From Candidatus Zixiibacteriota bacterium (GTDB lineage: Bacteria; Zixibacteria; MSB-5A5; CAIYYT01): a stretch of 12,052 nucleotides of DNA. The position numbers and the translations under genes are program-made. This document shows, piece after piece, positions 1 through 6,726 of the stretch. The stretch covers positions 1 to 12,052 of the forward strand of contig JBECKX010000026.1 in NCBI GenBank assembly GCA_040235515.1. Direction: 5' to 3'. How positions within the stretch are numbered: position 1 is the stretch's first letter; every line of letters begins with the position of its first letter. A model generated the notes under the pieces. That model was not told the DNA's origin and made no database searches. It was given only the letters and a program-made list of their open reading frames with translations.

Positions 1-40
1 CTCGCTGGAACCTCCGGACCAGGTCATAACCGGGAGCACT

Positions 41-1975
41 ATGAGTCACGATTCGCCGGGCCAGTCGCCCCACGAACAACAACAACTCCTGCAGAAGATC
101 ATTGAGGGAACAGCCACCGAAACCGGACTGGCGTTTTTCGATTTGCTGGTCAAGAACCTGGCCTCATGCCTCAACACCGTCGGCGCCTGGGTAACCGAAT
201 ACCTCCCCGACAGCGATCGCCTGCGTGCTCTTTCCTTCTGGTTCAAAGACAGGTACGTTGAAGATTACGAGTATCAAATCAAGGGGACGCCCTGCGAACC
301 GGTTGTGCGCGAGCGCAAGATTCAACACTTCCCCGATCGGATCATCGACCTCTACCCTGGCGACAACGACCTGGCGAAGCTCAATGCGGTCAGCTACATC
401 GGCAGCCCCTTCCTCAACAGCGAGGGAGAAGTAATCGGTCATATCGCTGTATTGGATGACAAGCCGATGGTGCGCGATGAAAATTCGGAAGCGATCTTCA
501 GAATCTTCGCCGCGCGCGCAAGCGCAGAGCTTCGCCGTATCCGTGCCGAGGAGGAGATCAAGGAACGCGAGATCCGCCTCAACCGGGTTGTCTCGGGGGC
601 GATGGATGCGATAATCGAACTCGACTCCCACTTCTCGATCTCGCACCTGAATCCCGCTGCGGAAGCCCTGCTGAAGGCGCCTGCCGGTGAATTGCATGGT
701 CGCGACTTCTCCACTTTTCTCTGTGACAGAAGCCTGGCGAAGATCGGCGCATTGCAGGACTCCTTCAGGGAACGCGAGGGGCAGCGAAAAGCGGTTTGGG
801 TTGCCGGTGGGCTCAACGTCACCACCGCGACGGGTGAGACGCTACGGACGGAGGCGTCCCTCTCAACCTACCACTCGGGTGGTCAGGATTTTCACATGCT
901 GATCCTGCGCGACATCAATGAACGAATTGAGGCGGAGCGGCGCATTCACACTCTTACCGCCGAGACTGAGTATCTGCGTGCCCAGCTACGAGACGAAATC
1001 GGATTCGGCGAGATCATCGGCGAGAGTCCCGCGATTCTGGCTGTGTTGAAAGCTGTACAGCAGGTTGCAGACACGGACGCTACCGTTCTGATTACCGGCG
1101 AGACGGGGACGGGCAAAGAGCTGATAGCCCGCGCGGTTCATGTCGCCGGCAAACGGGCGAGCAAAGCACTGATCAAAGTCAATTGCGCCGCGATCCCGGC
1201 GAACCTGATCGAGAGCGAGTTCTTCGGTCACGAAAAAGGCGCATTCACCGGGGCGACTGCCAGGCGGGTGGGACGGTTCGCCCTCGCTGATGGTGGTTCG
1301 ATTTTCCTCGACGAAGTTGGTGAACTCCCGCTGGACCTGCAATCAAAATTGTTGCGGGTGCTTCAGGAGGGAGAATTCGAGCCGGTCGGTTCAAGTGTCA
1401 CGCAGAGGGTCAATGTGCGAGTCATCGCGGCCACCAACCGTAACCTCAAGAATGAGGCGGAAGCAGGCAGATTCCGCGAAGACCTCTTCTTCCGCCTGAA
1501 TGTCTTCCCGATAGCGGTGCCACCCCTGCGTGAACGCGGCGATGATCTGCTGCTGCTGGCAGATTTCTTTCTCGGCAGAATCGCTCAGCGAATGGGCCGC
1601 AAAGTTGAGCCGCTCGATGCGGACGCAAAGGCTCGCATCCTGAACTACCGCTGGCCGGAAAATATCCGCGAATTGCAAAATGTGTTGGAACGCGCTGTGA
1701 TCACCGCGCAGGCGGGCAGGATATCCCTTGCGGGCGCCCTGCCGGATGACGGCACTGCACTCAAGCCAACTGGCACCGATTCCGGCGGGGGTATGGTACA
1801 GATACTCACAGCCGAAGAACTGCTCAAGCTGGAGCGAGAGAACATCTGCCGCGCTCTCGAGGCGAGGAACTGGAAAGTCTCCGGCAGCGATGGCGCTGCC
1901 GCGTTGCTCAACATGAAACCCTCCACGCTCAGTTCCCGCATGAAGGCCCTGCAGATCGAAAGACCGCGCGCTTAA
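41..1975 (+). CDS. Sigma54-dependent transcriptional activator (bEBP) with GAF, PAS, AAA+ and Fis-type HTH domains (FhlA-like architecture)
   Basis: Walker [24 protein letters not shown], Walker [31 protein letters not shown] and C-terminal [24 protein letters not shown]-terminal GAF-like region (GTPCEPV...SYIGSPF...GHIAVLD) and PAS-like region (AMDAIIELD...LNPAAE...ILRDINER). No receiver domain. GGAG at 33-36. The frame is open to the left edge, so an upstream start cannot be excluded. Confidence 0.95.
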   Translation: MSHDSPGQSPHEQQQLLQKIIEGTATETGLAFFDLLVKNLASCLNTVGAWVTEYLPDSDRLRALSFWFKDRYVEDYEYQIKGTPCEPVVRERKIQHFPDRIIDLYPGDNDLAKLNAVSYIGSPFLNSEGEVIGHIAVLDDKPMVRDENSEAIFRIFAARASAELRRIRAEEEIKEREIRLNRVVSGAMDAIIELDSHFSISHLNPAAEALLKAPAGELHGRDFSTFLCDRSLAKIGALQDSFREREGQRKAVWVAGGLNVTTATGETLRTEASLSTYHSGGQDFHMLILRDINERIEAERRIHTLTAETEYLRAQLRDEIGFGEIIGESPAILAVLKAVQQVADTDATVLITGETGTGKELIARAVHVAGKRASKALIKVNCAAIPANLIESEFFGHEKGAFTGATARRVGRFALADGGSIFLDEVGELPLDLQSKLLRVLQEGEFEPVGSSVTQRVNVRVIAATNRNLKNEAEAGRFREDLFFRLNVFPIAVPPLRERGDDLLLLADFFLGRIAQRMGRKVEPLDADAKARILNYRWPENIRELQNVLERAVITAQAGRISLAGALPDDGTALKPTGTDSGGGMVQILTAEELLKLERENICRALEARNWKVSGSDGAAALLNMKPSTLSSRMKALQIERPRA

Positions 1976-1997
1976 GCCCCCCACCGCGGCCTGTTGT

Positions 1998-2063
1998 CCA
2001 CGAGATTTCCCGAAATTCCCCGAACTCAGCTTACGAGATTTCGTGACTTACGATTTGTCGTGA
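1998..2063. promoter_or_regulatory. Putative upstream activator sequences: tandem palindromic TTACGA-N4-TCGTGA sites
   Basis: TTACGAGATTTCGTGA (2031-2046) and TTACGATTTGTCGTGA (2048-2063), each with an ACGA-N4-TCGT dyad. Degenerate copy CCACGAGATTTCCCGA (1998-2013). They lie about 70-135 bp upstream of the -24 element. Confidence 0.7.
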
Positions 2064-2131
2064 GCAGTCCGAACTGGCATCGGAGTTTGTAACCCGCTGC
2101 TGTCTCATGGTTTACAATTTCGGTCCATGTT

Positions 2132-2148
2132 TTGGCACGCGCGCTGCA
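2132..2148 (+). promoter_or_regulatory. Sigma54 (-24/-12) promoter for the OsmC-family gene
   Basis: TTGGCACGCGCGCTGCA versus consensus YTGGCACG-N4-TTGCW. GG (2134-2135) and GC (2146-2147) are exactly 10 nt apart. It sits just downstream of a bEBP gene. Confidence 0.88.
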
Positions 2149-2214
2149 ATAGAGTACGCCGAAACGAATCGTAAACCAACAAACTCAGAAACACTCTGAA
2201 CAGGAGATGAGACA

Positions 2215-2787
2215 ATGACAACAGAAACGAAACAAGCGAAGATGGTCAACGGCGTGAATGTCACGCAGCTCTTTGAGACAATCGACACCATCAAGAAGCA
2301 ACCGATGGTTGCCAAGTTCCGCTTTCGGATCAACAACGAGTGGCTCGGCTGCGGTCACAACCGCTCGAAGGTAAATGGTTACTACGGCGCTACCGAGGAG
2401 ATGACCAGGCCACAGTCGTTCATTCTTGACGCGGATGAACCGCCGATCCTCCTGGGTGAGGACAAGGGCGCCAATCCGGTTGAGTATCTGCTCCACGCCC
2501 TCGCTGCCTGTGTGACCACTTCGATGGTCTACCACGCAGCCGCGAAGGGCATCGAGATCGAAGAGGTTGAGTCGGCGATCGATGGAGATATCGACCTGCA
2601 CGGTTTCCTCGGCCTCGATCCGAAAGTCCGCCGCGGGTATCAGGAGATCAGAATGAAGTTCAAGATCAAGGCGGACGCCGACGACGAGCAGCTTGAGGAG
2701 ATCGTCAATCTTGGCCCAACCTTCTCACCCGTCTTCGACTCGGTCACCAGGGGTGTACCGGTGAAGGTTAGCTGCGAGCGCAAGTAG
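2215..2787 (+). CDS. OsmC/Ohr-family protein (long subfamily; second cysteine replaced by Ser)
   Basis: DEPPILLGEDKGANPVEYLLHALAAC(99), GDIDLHGFLG, and FS(171)PV where Ohr/OsmC have CPV. SD AGGAG at 2202-2206, 8 nt before the ATG. Confidence 0.9.
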   Translation: MTTETKQAKMVNGVNVTQLFETIDTIKKQPMVAKFRFRINNEWLGCGHNRSKVNGYYGATEEMTRPQSFILDADEPPILLGEDKGANPVEYLLHALAACVTTSMVYHAAAKGIEIEEVESAIDGDIDLHGFLGLDPKVRRGYQEIRMKFKIKADADDEQLEEIVNLGPTFSPVFDSVTRGVPVKVSCERK

Positions 2788-2841
2788 GCAGTATCAGCGG
2801 GTGCTCAAGCGGACTCCGGTTCCGCCGGGAGCGAACAAAGC

Positions 2842-2879
2842 AGGAGCAGGCGCCTGACGGCCCTGCTCCTTTAGTTTCT
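2842..2879 (+). terminator. Rho-independent terminator after the OsmC-family gene (possibly bidirectional)
   Basis: Stem AGGAGCAGG (2842-2850) / CCTGCTCCT (2862-2870), extended by GCC/GGC around a TGAC loop and followed by TTAGTTTCT. It lies between convergent genes. Confidence 0.75.
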
Positions 2880-2888
2880 GGTTGCGCA

Positions 2889-3716
2889 CTAACGTAAACC
2901 CGCAAAGAGGTCTCGCTCGATTTCCCTGCCACCATTGACAAGGCTATAGACACGATAAAACTCCTGCCAACCCCAGAGCGAGCGGTGGTGCTCCTCAGGC
3001 AACTGCAGCAGTTTGTCGTAAATTTGAAGTTGTGTCTTGTGACAGGAGATAGCATCCCAGGCGATCTTCCAGTAGTCATTGGTATCCACCAGCGCAGATG
3101 TCTGCCACTCTTTCCAGGGGGATGCCTGCCGCTCGGTGCCATCGACAGTAATCGTGAGTTTACGGAAAGCGGTCTCGAACGAGTCCCACTTAGCCTGGCT
3201 CCAGATCATGTAGTAGAGTTTGGAGACTAGATGCGGATTGTTACCGGCAGGATGCGCAGGAGTCCCGCCATAGCTATTGCTCGCGGCCGCCGCGATCGCC
3301 GCAATGGCATACTGTGAGATCGCGATATGATCAGGGTGACCATAGGCGCCGTCGGGACCAAAGGTGATGACTACCTGCGGCATCAGGCGGCGAATATGTG
3401 CCGCAATCTCAGCGATCGTTTCAACCGCATCCGCCCGGTCAACTTCACCATCCATCAAATCGAGCAGTATGGTTTCGGTTACGCCCAGCACTTCCGTAGC
3501 ATTGTACAACTCCTGTTCGCGTACACGTCCCACCTCTGCAGGGTCTACCTCGCCCTTCAGCTTCTCACCAAACCGCCCCTTCTGCCCGCGCGTGGCACAG
3601 ATCACATAGGTCTTAACACCCTCGGCGGCATACTTCGCCAGCGTCCCACCGGTGCCGAGTGATTCGTCATCGGGATGCGCGAAGATGCACATCAGTCTGA
3701 GATCATGCATTGACAT
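2889..3716 (-). CDS. PIG-L/LmbE-family Zn-dependent deacetylase/amidase (MshB/Mca/BshB-like)
   Basis: FAHPDDES and GAYGHPDH metal-binding motifs, ATRGQKG, VREQEL, PQVVITFGPDG, ISCHKTQ. Start is uncertain (TTG 3725, ATG 3716 or ATG 3710). It overlaps the upstream hydrolase stop at 3703-3705. Confidence 0.9.
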   Translation of the reverse strand: MSMHDLRLMCIFAHPDDESLGTGGTLAKYAAEGVKTYVICATRGQKGRFGEKLKGEVDPAEVGRVREQELYNATEVLGVTETILLDLMDGEVDRADAVETIAEIAAHIRRLMPQVVITFGPDGAYGHPDHIAISQYAIAAIAAAASNSYGGTPAHPAGNNPHLVSKLYYMIWSQAKWDSFETAFRKLTITVDGTERQASPWKEWQTSALVDTNDYWKIAWDAISCHKTQLQIYDKLLQLPEEHHRSLWGWQEFYRVYSLVNGGREIERDLFAGLR

Positions 3717-4530
3717 CGATTCCAATTTCCTTCTTCACAAGTCTAAAGAATTCAGCTCGCGCGTGTCGTTCCATCCATGGATAATGCCCGCAGCGTGAGA
3801 GAAGATGTGTCGTCACGTCTGATACACAGCTCCGCAGGAACGGTTCAACTCCCGCCAGCGGATGCGGATCATAGTCACCATGAATGATCACTACCGGAAT
3901 TGCTATGTTGGCAAACAACCTCCTGAGCCGATCGCCGTCATCTCGGAGTTGTACGAAATCAGCCCACACCTGATGATTGATATCCGCGTGAACCGCGATA
4001 GTTTCAAGGTCGGTTGAGATCGGATCAAAAAAATCGACCGGGTCCAGGAGCTTGACCATCCTGACGAGTCGTTCGTTGCGCTGCTCTCGTGCAGCACCTG
4101 AGAGTTCAGCATTGAGCAGCATGAACGCATCGCGGTCACTCGCTGAAAGCCTGCCAAGGCGAGTCTCCCTGGTTCTCGCTGAATTCTCCGCATCGAAAAC
4201 TGCCGACCCAATCAGAATCAACTTCCGCAGGACGAGTCTTGATTTCGCCGCTACCAGCAGAGAAAGTGTGGCCCCCCACGAGGAGCCTATCAGGGTGATT
4301 GCTCCCGAATTGTAAGGACGCAGCTGCTCAGCAAGTTCATCCACCTGACCATCCAGCGACGCCGCGCTCTGCAGCGGTTCAAGGACGCCTGTGGAGGGAG
4401 AAAGCTCTCTTGCCACGGACGCCATGTAGCCAGGAGCGCCGGGGCCGCCGTGGATCACCGCCGCACCAAACGGGGCAGCGCCATAAGTTCTGACTTCACC
4501 GATCGACATTGATTGGAAGATAAGCGTCAT
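3703..4530 (-). CDS. Alpha/beta-fold hydrolase (proline iminopeptidase-like motifs)
   Basis: Oxyanion motif IHGGPG, nucleophile elbow GSSWG, acid HGDYDP and catalytic His CGHYPW. Alternative start ATG 4509. Confidence 0.9.
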   Translation of the reverse strand: MTLIFQSMSIGEVRTYGAAPFGAAVIHGGPGAPGYMASVARELSPSTGVLEPLQSAASLDGQVDELAEQLRPYNSGAITLIGSSWGATLSLLVAAKSRLVLRKLILIGSAVFDAENSARTRETRLGRLSASDRDAFMLLNAELSGAAREQRNERLVRMVKLLDPVDFFDPISTDLETIAVHADINHQVWADFVQLRDDGDRLRRLFANIAIPVVIIHGDYDPHPLAGVEPFLRSCVSDVTTHLLSRCGHYPWMERHARAEFFRLVKKEIGIDVNA

Positions 4531-4570
4531 TCCTGAAACCGCAAATCCGACATTGCTGCCTCAAATTCGG

Positions 4571-4600
4571 TTGGATGCAGTCGCGATCTCACCGTATAAT
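4571..4600 (+). promoter_or_regulatory. Sigma70-type promoter of ada (probably leaderless transcript)
   Basis: TTGGAT (4571-4576), 18-nt spacer, perfect TATAAT (4595-4600). The ATG at 4607 is 6 nt after the -10 and has no SD. Confidence 0.65.
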
Positions 4601-4606
4601 CAGCGC

Positions 4607-5665
4607 ATGAACAGCTTGCTACCACGTGAAGAGATGATCAGGGCGATCGAGAACCGCGACAGGTCGTACGCCGGACTTTTCGTAGTCGCCGTCAAGTCGA
4701 CTGGTATTTTCTGCCGACCCGGCTGTCCGGCGCGCATGCCGATGCGCAAGCAGATGGTGTTCTTCCCGGGCCCCCGGCAGGCACTCAAGGCAGGTTATCG
4801 CCCCTGCAAGCGGTGCAAACCGACTGCGGTCACCGAGCCGCTGCCGCCACTGGTGGAACAGTTGAAGCAGTTGATCGATGAGAATCCGCTCAAACGAGTC
4901 ACGCAGAAGGATCTGCAGGCGATCGGCATTGATCCCTCTACCGCGCGGCGACAATTCCAGCGTTACTACGGAATGAGTTTTCACAACTATCAGAGATCAT
5001 TGAAACTGGGGGGAGCCTTGCAGGCGATCAGAGAAGGAGAAACTGTGTTGAGTGCCGGATTCGATGCCGGATATGATTCGAGTAGTGGCTTTCGTGATGC
5101 GTTCAAGGAGCTGTTTGGCGCTGCGCCTTCGGCGGCTCGCAGCGCTGACTGTTTGCTGACCACGATGTTCGAGACCCCGCTCGGATCGATGATCGCAATA
5201 GCTGATGACAAAGCCCTTCACTTGCTGGAGTTTGTGGACAGGCGCCGGCTGGTGACGGAAATCGCTATGATTCGAAAGCAGGTCAGATCAGTGGTTGTGC
5301 CCGGCAGCAATGAAGTATTGCGAGCGTGCGAGAATGAGATTAGGGAGTACTTCGCAGGGGAGCGTACACGCTTTACAATTAAGCTCCGACCGGCCGGGAC
5401 AGCGTTCGAGCAAAGTGTCTGGGACCAGTTGCTGAAGATCCCCTACGGAACAACCCTGTCGTATGGTGAACTGGGTGAACGCCTCGGTCAGAAGAATGCG
5501 GCGCGTGCGGTTGGGCGTGCCAATGGAGCAAACAAGCTGGCCATCGTTATCCCGTGTCATCGTGTGATCAAGGCCGATGGCAACCTGAGCGGTTACGGTG
5601 GAGGGGTCTGGCGCAAGAAGTGGCTGCTCGAACATGAAGCGGCTCAGCGCTCCCTGCTGAGGTAG
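4607..5665 (+). CDS. ada: Bifunctional transcriptional activator / O6-methylguanine-DNA methyltransferase Ada
   Basis: N-terminal Zn-binding methylphosphotriester repair domain (TGIFCRPGC...GYRPCKRC), AraC-type HTH (GYDSSSGFRDAF) and C-terminal alkyltransferase (IPYGTTLSYG, ARAVGRANG, active site PCHRV). ATG 4607 is preferred over TTG 4553. Confidence 0.95.
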   Translation: MNSLLPREEMIRAIENRDRSYAGLFVVAVKSTGIFCRPGCPARMPMRKQMVFFPGPRQALKAGYRPCKRCKPTAVTEPLPPLVEQLKQLIDENPLKRVTQKDLQAIGIDPSTARRQFQRYYGMSFHNYQRSLKLGGALQAIREGETVLSAGFDAGYDSSSGFRDAFKELFGAAPSAARSADCLLTTMFETPLGSMIAIADDKALHLLEFVDRRRLVTEIAMIRKQVRSVVVPGSNEVLRACENEIREYFAGERTRFTIKLRPAGTAFEQSVWDQLLKIPYGTTLSYGELGERLGQKNAARAVGRANGANKLAIVIPCHRVIKADGNLSGYGGGVWRKKWLLEHEAAQRSLLR

Positions 5666-5709
5666 ACTGCGCACCCGATCTCGAACCGGGGAGCCTGCCG
5701 ACAGAGCGG

Positions 5710-6654
5710 CTAACTCCGGTCAGTTTTTCTAGCTGGATCCTTGCCTGCCTGAGTCAATGATTCTGCTTCGATGTAGATTTTCTTGACGCGCGGGAAGTTG
5801 TCTTTGATGCGAGTCTCCAGTTCGGCAATAATCTTCTCGACATCATTTACGGAAGTTCCATCAACGAACTCGATACTCAACGTGGCCAGGATGAAATCGG
5901 GCCCGATGTGCATCGTCAGTACTTCATTGATCAATTCGATACCGGACGTCTCGTTTGCCAGTTGCCTGATTCCCTGCACGACATGCTTGTTCGCGCTCTC
6001 CCCTATCAGCAGCCCCTTGGTTTCATAAGCCAGCCAGATCGCGGTTCCGCCAAGGATCAACCCAATCGCCACTGAAGCGGCGCCATCATAGACCGGGTTG
6101 CCGGTGATCTGGGTCAGAAACACGCCAAGCATCGCAACCAGGATACCGAGCATGGCGGCGGAGTCCTCAAACAACACCACGAACAGGGATGGGTCTTTTC
6201 CACGATGTACCGCCTGAAAATAACCTCTGCCATGCCTGACCTTGTTGAACCCCATGAACGCATAATAGAATGCAAAGCCCTCGAAGATCAGCGCCAACGT
6301 GAGCACGATGTAGTTCGGATAGAATTGCTCGAAATGCTGCGGGTGCATCAGGTGGCGGATACCCTCAAAGAGCGAAACGCCTGAACCCACAGCGAATATC
6401 AATATCGCAACGACAAAGCTCCAGAAGTAGATTTCCTTGCCATGACCAAACGGAAAATCTTCATCCGCCGGGATAGCGGCGCGCTTGATACCATAAAGCA
6501 GCAGGAGCTGATTCCCGGTATCAACAACCGAGTGGATACCCTCTGACAGCATGGCTGAGCTTCCGGTGATCGAGGCGGCCACGAACTTGCTGATGGCGAT
6601 CAATGAGTTGCCTATCAGCGCAGCCAGAATTGCTTTCTTTGCATGAGAAGCCAT
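5710..6654 (-). CDS. Cation diffusion facilitator (CDF) family transporter, ZnT9-like clade
   Basis: GSSAMLSEGIHSVVDTGNQ, PFGHGKE, about 6 hydrophobic segments, DPSLFVVLFEDSAA, ETKGLLIGESA and a C-terminal cytoplasmic domain with IYIEAE. Confidence 0.92.
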   Translation of the reverse strand: MASHAKKAILAALIGNSLIAISKFVAASITGSSAMLSEGIHSVVDTGNQLLLLYGIKRAAIPADEDFPFGHGKEIYFWSFVVAILIFAVGSGVSLFEGIRHLMHPQHFEQFYPNYIVLTLALIFEGFAFYYAFMGFNKVRHGRGYFQAVHRGKDPSLFVVLFEDSAAMLGILVAMLGVFLTQITGNPVYDGAASVAIGLILGGTAIWLAYETKGLLIGESANKHVVQGIRQLANETSGIELINEVLTMHIGPDFILATLSIEFVDGTSVNDVEKIIAELETRIKDNFPRVKKIYIEAESLTQAGKDPARKTDRS

Positions 6655-6660
6655 AGTGTC

Positions 6661-6701
6661 TTGATAACAATTGAATCAACTGGAGACAAATCGTATTTGT
6701 C
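6661..6701. promoter_or_regulatory. Two inverted repeats immediately upstream of the CDF gene (candidate operators)
   Basis: TTGAT-N9-ATCAA (6661-6679, with internal CAATTG) and perfect GACAAAT-CGT-ATTTGTC (6685-6701) in an AT-rich intergenic stretch. Confidence 0.4.
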
Positions 6702-6726
6702 GACTCTATTCCACAGTCGGAGAAAA

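Noticed and set aside
1998..2063. Short repeats considered as a CRISPR remnant or IS end
   Set aside because: The units are 16 bp with a 1-bp gap, there are no spacers, and no cas or transposase gene is nearby. An enhancer role explains them better.
2074..2091. Second sigma54-like site CTGGCATCGGAGTTTGTA
   Set aside because: It reads GG-N11-GT rather than the strict GG-N10-GC.
2090..2102. Possible IHF site between the enhancer and the sigma54 promoter (minus strand CAGCAGCGGGTTA)
   Set aside because: The position is appropriate, but the match to WATCAR-N4-TTR is too weak to call.
2207..2218. Mini-ORF ATG AGA CAA TGA overlapping the OsmC-family start
   Set aside because: Its ATG abuts the SD with no spacing, and the SD spacing fits ATG 2215.
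6661..6679. TTGAT...ATCAA as an FNR site
   Set aside because: The spacer is 9 nt and FNR requires TTGAT-N4-ATCAA. It is kept only as a generic operator candidate.
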